From the NCBI GenBank assembly GCA_044229145.1, contig JBGATO010000030.1, positions 1-44,806 of the forward strand: DNA of 44,806 nucleotides, in the 5' to 3' direction. The position numbers and the translations under genes are program-made. Origin of the DNA: Candidatus Eiseniibacteriota bacterium. Lineage in GTDB: Bacteria; Eisenbacteria; RBG-16-71-46; CAZEPH01. How positions within the stretch are numbered: the first letter of the stretch is position 1; each line of letters begins with the position of its first letter. Of this stretch, positions 20,001-28,072 are shown piece by piece. The notes beneath the pieces are model-generated. The model was not told the DNA's origin, did not search any database, and was given only the letters and a program-made list of their open reading frames with translations.

Positions 20001-20361
20001 GACGAACTGGTCCGCCAAGGCGCTGGGATCATGCTTCACCGGCTGCTTCACGAACCTCGATCTGGTCGCCGCGCAGATGCCGGCCTTCGCGGGGTCCGAG
20101 GTCGCGCTGCGGGTGGTGAATCCGTTGCCGGTGCAGGGGGCAACGGTGCCGTTGGAGTTCACGGTGGCGGAGCCGGGACCGGTGACGCTGCGTATCTACG
20201 ACGCCGCTGGGCGGCTGCGGGAGACGCTCGTGGACGGGCCGCGTGCCGCCGGCGCGCACCAGGCGGTGTGGGATGCGCGCCACGTGCACCCCGGTGTGTA
20301 TTTCGCGGAGTTGACGCAGGGCCGCGCCCGCGTGGCGCGGCAGATGGTGATCGTCCGCTAG
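17044..20361 (+). CDS. Large Cys-rich secreted protein (jelly-roll/MAM-like N-terminal modules, unknown core) with FlgD-Ig/CTD tail
   Basis: AGGAGG SD, then TTG 17044 giving signal peptide MRPIRRLRRAALHGMALVVMMLPGFAVA. YDFETGWTGW, GYDNN, YRTDAEPGYDF, SDGGYSDGD. Tail NPLP...IYDAAGRLRETL...WDA...PGVYFAEL...RQMVIVR. Confidence 0.8.
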   Translation: MRPIRRLRRAALHGMALVVMMLPGFAVARVTQLPRVMQPDVQADGAAAGESDGTTRIRAYAYTGSCGGGTKQAPGSGTSAPTDTFVWGPYDFETGWTGWTAVDLTVNPSTLGNARLLDFSGSRGNGTVFSGKVAWTGTLGTNACGPKACFPGYDNNTNQVMFKSYASVSPGDFLSYAYRTDAEPGYDFTHVIVTTAGAPTLQGDGSWMLPTFSAGDTLTSYTSYADGLESLDLSAYAGNAVTVYFLSQSDGGYSDGDCNYNSLDGLFEIDNLAVGAESPATFESGNGGWTFGRVSGVGSFATLEVSTSLPNSDPCPTFCGITGKCITIYDSGDPNFHRAGQNELVQSPSILLTQNPAHPVGSYVMQFDVYANLPLANGNFYFWHVRYSPVEISDCSCQDAADWSSWLDENTIYYGGGVPVCTTAAQFDVSAKIPGHATKLQMAVGVINYPIYVSVPGGNQSPYFDNISLRAAKVSAPAVVMGPWDYLQSAYPDASSFATAKSTAASADAGLNTYSPNRIHTRLGDSTVCSVALSCNSDQKVEVDYIFKVSPGPCMNTAHPWWVAYQAQPKIPSGSLAGFAVARADTARTSTGANSASAGFATFMSCFNELAPAAGTSYAAHGNWSAYTGGVQGVSIFPDDLFTPGTQIWWLVHSTYIPVKTNGDYYLPDLVHGNGDDDRLGDQTGNQRWFSAGGTYDPCAVHAELYQVLPLTTQDGNTSGCASAQAAHCFLYVDKTDQRGPQYSIENAFRNLSIAWDRYDVRASTSSMGNDLGSRYTPANYPLGHAPGPLPSLVNEVYSAILWQTGALNSTNFSRGSTASGADAGNAIGLLQDWLVTTSTGKYLWVSGDGNSRFLNATGNRLTFLNTVLGTTYSGPQYRDKNTAWGVNLTGLGPDCTSGLNYALRGNWCPQRRSYAYVTKYTGGGLYGVAVENFKYPDASGTWYASVQQTASSGSYNFRTQNDCWSLEQLRQSGVTYGGVNNNANVTNWSAKALGSCFTGCFTNLDLVAAQMPAFAGSEVALRVVNPLPVQGATVPLEFTVAEPGPVTLRIYDAAGRLRETLVDGPRAAGAHQAVWDARHVHPGVYFAELTQGRARVARQMVIVR

Positions 20362-23300
20362 TGCCAGTCGCCGGCGGCGACGAATCCGGCCCACAATGCC
20401 GGATGCGTGCAGCCGCCGGCACGCCGGCGCGCCGTGAGTTCGTCGCGCATCGCGCGATGCACCGCGCCAGCGGTCGAGGCACCTTCGACGAAGCGCGCGC
20501 GGTAGACGCGGGCCATCCACGCGCGCGTCGTCTCGTCGGGGACATCCCACAGACTCATGAGCGTCGTGTGCACACCGGCGACATCGAGAGCGCGCCGCAT
20601 GCCGAACACCCCTTCGCCGCTCCACGGTGTGCCGACGCCGGTTTCGCACGCCGACAACACCGCCCAGCACATGTGCGAGAGATCGAGGTCCGACAGTTCG
20701 TCGGCGGTGAGCAGGCCGTCGCAGCGGGTGGCGGGAGCGCCGGCGGTGAGGCGATTCGCGCTGGCCAACGCGACGCCCGAGCCGCGCAGCGCGGCGACCG
20801 CGCGGGTCCCCGGCGTCGCGATCGACAGCGGCGAGGTGTCGTCGTCCGCGCAGGCCGCGGTGAAGTAGCCGTGCGTCGCGAGATGGCATACGTCGGCAAC
20901 GCGCAGTGCGGCGACGGTGGCAGGTTCGGTGGCCGCTTTGCCATCGAGACGTGTCGCCGGGCGCCGGGGTGTGCCCTGCGACCACAGGGCGAGGATGTCG
21001 CGAGCCTCCGCGCGCGCGGCGGCGAGTGGCGGGAAGCGCAGCGCGGTCCACGCGCACGGCGCCGGGGCGCTGTCGGCGGGGCACGCGGCGTCCTCTCGCG
21101 GGGCATCGTAGGCGGGATCGTCCACCACGAGGAGCCGCTCGCCGCGGGCGCCACCGTGGCGCCAGCGCACCAAGTCGCGTTCCGTCGACAGGTAGTGCAC
21201 GTCGCTCGCGTCATCGACGCGGTAGCCGGACGCGCCCACCGGAAGTGCATCGAAGTCGACCAACGTCACCGCACCGTCGGGCACCAGGAACAGCAACCGC
21301 GCGCCGCGCGTGGCGTCACGCAGCGGAGCCCAGAGGCGCTGCGCCACCACGGCGCCGGCGCGGCGCGTGCGCGCCTCCCACTCGCGCAGGCCGAGCGCGG
21401 CCGGCCGGCCCGCGGGGGAAAGCAATTGGCGCCATGTGGCAATCGCGCGATCGAGCGTGGCGGCATCGCCGAGCGGAATCGTGCGCGGCGCCGCGCCGTC
21501 GGCGCGCAGCACCATCGCTAAGTAGCGTCGCGGGCCGCGGGTGATCGGAGGCGGAAACGCGGTGGGCTCGCGCGTCGCACCGCCGGTCGCGTCCGGCCCG
21601 AGATGGCGGTACTCCTGGAACGCGATCAATGCGGCACCGGGCGGCAATGCGGCACGCAACGAATCGAGCGTGGTGGCGGCGAGCGCGCGATCGCGTGCGT
21701 AGACCGGATCGCGGGCGAGCAAGGCGCGCTGCAGCTGCACGAGCCGCGAGGTCCGCGACGTGTCGCCGGCACCGTCGCGGGCATCGAGGCCGGCGGCGCC
21801 TTCGGCAAGCAAGGTGGTCAGTGATTCGGCGATCGCGCGGGTACGCGCGTCGGCGGTGGACGCGCCGAGGCGATGCCGCTGCGCGAACTCTTCGAGCACC
21901 AGCCCGCGCCGGCGTGCCAAGGCGTCCCACAGCTGGCGTCGTTCCGCCGGCCGCAACGCATGTTCGGCGCGCGAGCACAGCGCGTCGGTGCCATCGACTT
22001 GGAGCGCGCGGAAGCTCAAGGCGGCATCCTCGGAAAGCGTCCGGATGACACCGCTGATGTAGCGCGTCGCGGTGTCGTGCGCGAACACCGCATCGGCGAG
22101 GACGCCCGTGGTGTCGCCGCAGAACAAGCGGCTCTGCGCGCGCTGGCCGCGGATGTCGGCTTGGATCAGCGTGTCGAGCGCCGTGGGCTGCGAGCAACTG
22201 GCGAGCGCGATGTCGTAGAAGCGCAGCGCGGTGGTGAGATCGCCGCGGAATCCCGCGAGGGCGGCGACGCGGAGCGGATACTCGGTGGCGCGGACGTCGT
22301 GCAAGCGCGCGGCGTCGTCCTTCACCGCATCGTACGCCTGACGATAGGCGCTGTCGGCTGCCGCGAGATGGCCACGCAGCCATTCGACGTGGCCGAGATA
22401 GAGCCAGGCGAGCGACAGCGGCCGGGCGTCGCGGGCGATCGCCGCGAGGCGCGCGGCATCGCGCAATCGAGTGGTGGCCCCCGCGACATCGCCGCGGACC
22501 AGCGGGGCGTAGGCGGAGTAGACGCGCGCGTTGAGTGCGTCGAGGCTCAGCGAGTCACGGCGCGCCGCGGCGTGCACCAGCGCACTCTCCGCATCCGCTC
22601 CCGCGGCGGCGAACAGGCCGAGCCGTTCGTCGGCAGTCACCAGATTCGCGAAGAGTTGCTCCAACGGACCGTGCGCGACGCGCGGATCGATTTGGCGATA
22701 GAACGGCACGCACTCGAGCAGGAGCGGGCGGGCCGCCTCGGGTTGTCCGCACGCGAGTGTGCAGATGGCGTAGTTGCGCCGCGACGCGAGCGTCGAGATG
22801 TGGGTGTCCGGCAGTGTCGCGTGCCGCACGTCGAAGGCGCGGCGAAACTCCTCGCGCGCCTCGGCATAGTAGCCTTGGTTGTAGAGCACCGCGCCGTGCA
22901 GATGGCGCGCCATCGCGACATCGTAGCTGTCCGGTCGCGCCTGCGCATCGAGCACCGCAAAGGTCTGCGCGAATGCCGCGCTGTCGCCGGAGACGTAGGC
23001 GAGCGTCAGCCGCGTGCGGGCCAAACCGGTGGAATCGTGTTGGGTACATGCGGCGCGGAGCGCCAGCAACTCCCGCGCGAGCGAATCGGCGGTGGCCCGG
23101 TCGCCGTGGCGCCAGGCGACTTCGGCCTCGATGTCGCGCGCCGCCGCCCACACCAGCGAATCGGACGCGGTGGCGGGATGCAGGGAGTCCGACACCGACG
23201 CCGCGAGCGCCACGGCGGAATCGGCGAGGATCGCCGGATCCACGAGGAGCGCGCGTGCCGCTCCACTGCCCAGCGCGGCGTCTCCGCCGCGCGCCGCGCC

Positions 23301-23374
23301 GCGGCCTGCGCTGGCGTGGCGCACGCCAGCGCGATCGCCACGACAGCGAGCGCCGAACGCCCGCGCGTCCGCAC
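20358..23374 (-). CDS. TPR + CHAT (caspase-like, clan CD) protease; 5' end apparently frameshifted
   Basis: Helical TPR-like repeats, then LWAPL, LVPDG, HLATHGYF, GVALASAN, DGLLTADEL, AVLSACETG, GEGVFGMRRA, MSLWDVPDE, WAGFVAAGDW. A signal peptide from GTG 23374 lies in a different frame from the body. Confidence 0.85.
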
Positions 23375-23382
23375 GACCGCCG

Positions 23383-25317
23383 CTACCCCTTCGGCCGCTT
23401 GCCGAGCGTGACGGTGAGCGTCTTCTTCTCGGTGCCGCGCAGCACCACCACCTGCACGACATCGCCCGGCTTCTGCGCGCGCAGCACGTAGGTGTAGTCG
23501 TAGAGCGACTTCACGGGCTTGCCGGCGAACTCCACGATGACGTCGCCGCCGAGCAGCCCCGCCTTCTCGGCCGGCGACCCTTCGCGGGTGCCCGAGATCT
23601 TGACGCCGCCTTCGTATTCGCCGAAGTCGGGGATGCTGCCCATGTACGCCGGACCGTAGCCGCTCGCGCCCGCGCCTTCGCTCGAGCCGGTGCCGCTGTC
23701 GGCCTTGGCGCGCGTGAACGCCACCGGCTCGTTCTGGTTGGCGATCTGTTCTAGGGTGCGTGCGGCGAACTGCAGGATGCGCGCTTCGCCGTCGTAGTTG
23801 ATCTTGTCGGCGGTGTCGGTGGGGCGGTGGTAGTCCTCGTGCGCGCCGGTGAACAGGAACAGCACCGGCACCTTCTGGGTGTAGAACGAGGAGTGGTCGC
23901 TCGGCCCGTAGCCGCTTTCGCCGTGCGCGATCTTGAGGTCGAGGCCGACCGCCATCGAGTCCACCAAGCCGTGGAACTCCGGCGACGAACCGACGCCGCT
24001 CACCGTCACCTTGCCGTCCTTCATGCGGCCGATCATGTCCATGTTGATCATGGCGACCGTCTTGGCGAGCGGGCGCGTCGGGTGGTTGACGTACCACGAC
24101 GAGCCGAGCAGCCCTTCTTCCTCGCCGACGAAGTTGAGGAACAGCATCGAGCGCTTCGGACCGTGGCCGGCCTTCGCCGCCGCGGCGAACGAGCGCGCGA
24201 GCGCCATCACGCCGGCGGTGCCGGAGGCGTTGTCGTCGGCGCCGTGGTGGATGTCGTGACGCTCGTTGTCGCGTGCCAGCGAGTTGGCGCCGCCGCGTCC
24301 CAGGTGATCGTAGTGCGCGCCGACCGCGACGAATTCGTCCTTCAACACGGGATCGCTGCCGGGCAACACCGCGACGACGTTGGCGACGTGGCGGCGGTCT
24401 TTCGCCAGGCCGACGTGCAGCCGGACGTGGACGCCGTCGAGCGCCTTCGACTGCGGCGTCATCGCGCTGTCGATGGCGGCTTGCCACGCGGCGAGATCGC
24501 CGCCGGCGCCGCGCGCCATCCACGCGGCGATGCGCTGCTTCATGTACAAAGCCGGAATGTCGCCGCCGCCGAACCCCTCGGCACTGCCGAGTGACACCAG
24601 ATCGTCGTCCTCGCCCGCGTGGTTCAGCGGATCGAGCGCGATCAGCACGCCCGCCGCGCCGTGCTGCCGCGCGGTCATGAGCTTGAGGCGGAAGTCCGAG
24701 TACTGCGACGCCTTGCGGCCATTGAACACGCTGGTCGAGTCGCGCTCGCGCGGTTCGTGACGCAACAACAGGACGATCTTGTCCTTCACGTCGAGGCCGG
24801 CGTAGTCGTCGTAGTGGAGGTCCGGCGCGCTGATGCCGTAGCCGGCGAACACGACGCCGGCGTCCACCGTGCCGGTGTCGGAGAACGCGAACGGCATGAA
24901 CGCGTCGTCCACCACGAAGCTCGAGTCGGCGCCCCCGGCGCGCACCTGCAAGAGGTTCTGCCCCGCCAGATGCACGCCGACCGTCGCGTCGAACCACTGC
25001 GAGAAGCCGCTGCCGTCCCCAGCCGGCGTCAGGCCGAGTGCGGTGTACCGCGCCTCGACGTACGCGCGCCCCTTCTCGCCACCCGGTTCGCCGGTCATGC
25101 GCCCCTCGTAATCGTCCGAGGCGAGGACGCCGATGTCGGTGCGCAGCTCGGCCGGCGTGATGTCGCGGCCGGCCTCGGCGTGCGCGCGCCAGGATGGGGC
25201 CGCCGGCGGCAGAGCGTGCGGATTGTCGTGCTGCGCGAAGGCGGGGAGGCCGATCAGGACGCAGGCGGCGGTGGCCGCCGCCAACCGGCGGGCCGAGCGG
25301 AACGGGAGGAGGGACAT
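23383..25317 (-). CDS. Secreted M28 family metallopeptidase with PA and C-terminal PDZ domains
   Basis: LASDDYEGR, PA insert VVFAGYGI..DDY, GAHYDHLG, GADDNASGT, GEEEGLLGS, NMDMIGR, SDHSSF, HEDYHRPTD. PDZ: MGSIPDF...SPAEKAGLLGGDVI. Confidence 0.95.
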   Translation of the reverse strand: MSLLPFRSARRLAAATAACVLIGLPAFAQHDNPHALPPAAPSWRAHAEAGRDITPAELRTDIGVLASDDYEGRMTGEPGGEKGRAYVEARYTALGLTPAGDGSGFSQWFDATVGVHLAGQNLLQVRAGGADSSFVVDDAFMPFAFSDTGTVDAGVVFAGYGISAPDLHYDDYAGLDVKDKIVLLLRHEPRERDSTSVFNGRKASQYSDFRLKLMTARQHGAAGVLIALDPLNHAGEDDDLVSLGSAEGFGGGDIPALYMKQRIAAWMARGAGGDLAAWQAAIDSAMTPQSKALDGVHVRLHVGLAKDRRHVANVVAVLPGSDPVLKDEFVAVGAHYDHLGRGGANSLARDNERHDIHHGADDNASGTAGVMALARSFAAAAKAGHGPKRSMLFLNFVGEEEGLLGSSWYVNHPTRPLAKTVAMINMDMIGRMKDGKVTVSGVGSSPEFHGLVDSMAVGLDLKIAHGESGYGPSDHSSFYTQKVPVLFLFTGAHEDYHRPTDTADKINYDGEARILQFAARTLEQIANQNEPVAFTRAKADSGTGSSEGAGASGYGPAYMGSIPDFGEYEGGVKISGTREGSPAEKAGLLGGDVIVEFAGKPVKSLYDYTYVLRAQKPGDVVQVVVLRGTEKKTLTVTLGKRPKG

Positions 25318-25379
25318 ACGACGGTCCTCGAAGACGGGAGACGCTGGCACGAGGGCCGCGCCAGCATGACGGATCGCGG

Positions 25380-25408
25380 AGTATCGCCCGCGTCCGCGGC
25401 TCGGTCAA
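25380..25408 (-). promoter_or_regulatory. Putative sigma70 promoter for the M28-CHAT operon
   Basis: TTGACC-N17-GATACT on the minus strand. Confidence 0.5.
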
Positions 25409-25463
25409 CGCTCCCGCCGGTGCCCCGGTGCACAAGCCGGGAACGGTCACGCCGCGGGTGCGG

Positions 25464-25493
25464 TTGACGAGAGGCCCGCGCCCCAGGCATGCT
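25464..25493 (+). promoter_or_regulatory. Putative promoter for the Kelch operon
   Basis: TTGACG-N18-CATGCT, back-to-back with the M28 promoter. Confidence 0.35.
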
Positions 25494-25589
25494 ATCGATT
25501 CCGCTGTCTTCGCGATCCGGGGCGTGGCCTTCGCGCAAGCTGTGCCGTGCCGCCGTCGATCGCGAGTGAGTCGTGTGGTTCGCCGGGAG

Positions 25590-27971
25590 ATGTTCCGCGT
25601 GCTCCTTCGGGTCTCCGTGCCCCTCCTTGTGGTACTCGTCTGTGCCATCGGATCTCTCATCCCTGGCGGGAGCGCGCGTGCCGATCTCGTCACCACCGTC
25701 GACCGCTGGGCGCCGCTTGCCGGCACGCCGCCGGCGCCAAGGTCCGGTGCCTCCTGGATCCACGACACCGCGCGCAACCGCTTGGTCATGTTCGGCGGGC
25801 AAACCGTCGCGCTCACCTATTTGGCCGACGTGTGGGCGTTCGACCTCGGCACGCGCACCTGGGACGTGGTGCCGACCTCGGGCGGCGACGAAACGCTGAA
25901 CCGGAATCGCCACACCGCCATCTACGACGCGGCGCACGACCGCATGATCATGTACGGCGGCTTCACGCCCAACGGCATCAACAACGATGTGTGGTCGCTG
26001 AACCTCGCCACCAATGCGTGGACCAAACTCACGCTGAGCGGCCGGTTGCCGGCGGCGCGCGCGCGCCACAACGCGGTCTACGATGGCAAGCGCAACCGCA
26101 TGCTCGTCTTCGGCGGGCTCGAGGGCGCGGTGCCGAGCGACAGTCTCTACGCGCTCGACCTGTCGACGTTGGCGTGGTCGCAGATCGTGCCGGTTGGCGC
26201 GTTGCCGGAGCCGCGCCAGGCCGCCGCGCTCATCATCCAGCCCGACAAGGATCGGCTCGTGCTGTTCGGCGGCAACGGTCAGTACGACGGCGAACTGCGC
26301 GACGTGTGGATCTACTCGATCACCAACAACACCTGGGCCGAGATCAATCCGACTGGACAAGGGCCGTCCCCGCGCTTCGACGTGGCGGCGAGCTACGACT
26401 CGCTCAACAATCGTCTGGTGATGTTCGGCGGCTCGAGTTTCACGGCGTCGTACGCCGATGCGTTCACGTTGTCGATTGGCGCGCCACAAACGTGGACGGT
26501 GTTGCGCCCCGCCGGCACGACACCGTTCGCGCGTGGCTCCTACGCGGTGCCGCCTGCGGTGATCGACAACCGCTACTTCTTCTTCGGCGGCGTCGACGTG
26601 TCGAACACGCTCTACAACGACACCTGGGCGCTCGACCTGACCACGCCGGCCTACGAGGCGGTGCCGGACAGCGGGAAGGTGCCGAACCTGCGCATGGCGT
26701 GCATGGCGATCAACGACACCGCGCAGTCGCGCATGATTCTCTTCGGCGGCTGGACGGGCGTCGGCGACTTCTTCAACGACAGCTACCAGCTGCGCTTCGG
26801 GCCGCCCGGCGCGCCGGCGCTGACCTGGTCGTCGCTGGCGACCATCGGCAACACTCCGGCTCGCTACGGCGCCGGCGACATCTACGATCCCGTCAACGAG
26901 CGCTTCATCGTGCTCTGCGGCGGGCTCGCCAACACGGCGTATTCGAACGATGTGTGGGCCCTCAACCTCACGACATTGCAGTGGGGACAGCTGCAGCCGT
27001 TTGGGCAAACACCGCCGGTACGCACCGGGCCGGCGTGCGTCTACGACAGCGCGCACCATCGCATCGTGATGTTCGGCGGGCTGACGACGAACAACGTGAA
27101 GCTCAACGACACGTGGGTGCTCGACCTCGCGACGCTCACCTGGACGCAAGTGGCGAGCGATCCCAACGCGCTCAAACCCACCGGCCGCTTTCGCATGGCG
27201 TACGCCGACGATCCGGCGCGCAACCGCATGCTGATCTCGTGCGGCATCGCTGACTTCTTCGGCATCGGCGATCCGCGCAACACGATGTTCAACGACACCT
27301 GGGCGCTCGACTACAACACGTTCGAGTGGACGCCGGTGCCGACCGCCGGCGACCCGCCGCCGCGGTTCGACCTCCACGGCGAGGTGATCGACGACCAGAA
27401 CCGCTTCGTCATGTTCGGCGGTGCGGTGGCGGGATTCGACGGCGATTCGAACGACCTCTATTCGCTCGACCTCGAAACCAACCAGTGGACGCTCGAGGTG
27501 CCGCAGGGGACGCCGCCCGGCCCGCGCAACGGCTACACCATGGTGTGGGACCAGACGCGGCGCTGGCTGATTCCGTTTGGCGGCACCAACGGCGATCAAT
27601 TGTTGAACGACGGCGGGTTGTTGTACCAGGTGCCGTACACGCCGCCGAGCAGTCCGGTGGGACCGGCGGCGCGGCCGCCGCTGGCGCCGCCACCGGGTGA
27701 CGGGCTCGGCCTCGCGGTGCGCGGCCAAACGGCGGGCGGAGCGGAGTTTGCGATGCGCGCCCCGCGTGACGGCCGCGGTCGTCTCGAGGTGTTCGCCGCG
27801 GACGGGCGACGGATGTGGTCGACGCCGGTGTCCCTGGCGGCCGGCCGGGCGTCGACCCTGCGCTGGGATGGCCGGCTGCCCTCCGGCGAGCGCGCGCCGG
27901 GCGGAATCTACCTCATCCGCCTGACGACGGCGGACGGGTCTGCGCGCGCCAAGGGCGTTCTGTTACACTAG
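25590..27971 (+). CDS. Secreted Kelch-repeat protein 1 (12 blades) with FlgD-Ig/CTD tail
   Basis: Signal peptide ending ...GSARA-D. Twelve GG-type Kelch motifs (hhhFGG...ND.W.hDL...W). Tail ADGRR..WDGR..SG...GGIYLIRL...KGVLLH. Confidence 0.88.
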   Translation: MFRVLLRVSVPLLVVLVCAIGSLIPGGSARADLVTTVDRWAPLAGTPPAPRSGASWIHDTARNRLVMFGGQTVALTYLADVWAFDLGTRTWDVVPTSGGDETLNRNRHTAIYDAAHDRMIMYGGFTPNGINNDVWSLNLATNAWTKLTLSGRLPAARARHNAVYDGKRNRMLVFGGLEGAVPSDSLYALDLSTLAWSQIVPVGALPEPRQAAALIIQPDKDRLVLFGGNGQYDGELRDVWIYSITNNTWAEINPTGQGPSPRFDVAASYDSLNNRLVMFGGSSFTASYADAFTLSIGAPQTWTVLRPAGTTPFARGSYAVPPAVIDNRYFFFGGVDVSNTLYNDTWALDLTTPAYEAVPDSGKVPNLRMACMAINDTAQSRMILFGGWTGVGDFFNDSYQLRFGPPGAPALTWSSLATIGNTPARYGAGDIYDPVNERFIVLCGGLANTAYSNDVWALNLTTLQWGQLQPFGQTPPVRTGPACVYDSAHHRIVMFGGLTTNNVKLNDTWVLDLATLTWTQVASDPNALKPTGRFRMAYADDPARNRMLISCGIADFFGIGDPRNTMFNDTWALDYNTFEWTPVPTAGDPPPRFDLHGEVIDDQNRFVMFGGAVAGFDGDSNDLYSLDLETNQWTLEVPQGTPPGPRNGYTMVWDQTRRWLIPFGGTNGDQLLNDGGLLYQVPYTPPSSPVGPAARPPLAPPPGDGLGLAVRGQTAGGAEFAMRAPRDGRGRLEVFAADGRRMWSTPVSLAAGRASTLRWDGRLPSGERAPGGIYLIRLTTADGSARAKGVLLH

Positions 27972-28072
27972 ACGGCGTCCCCGGACCACCCGTACCTCCT
28001 GCCAGCCGCCCCGTGGGCGCCAGACCCGGCGTCGTGGGGCTTTCGGGTTTTCGCCTCGAGCAAGGAGCACCT

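Noticed and set aside
20358..23374. CHAT gene as part of an anti-phage system (type III-E Craspase or gasdermin-associated)
   Set aside because: No cas, gasdermin or NTPase neighbours, and the protein appears to be exported.
28008..28051. Terminator between Kelch 1 and Kelch 2
   Set aside because: The stem needs several G-U pairs and a bulge, and the U-tract is interrupted. Too weak to call.
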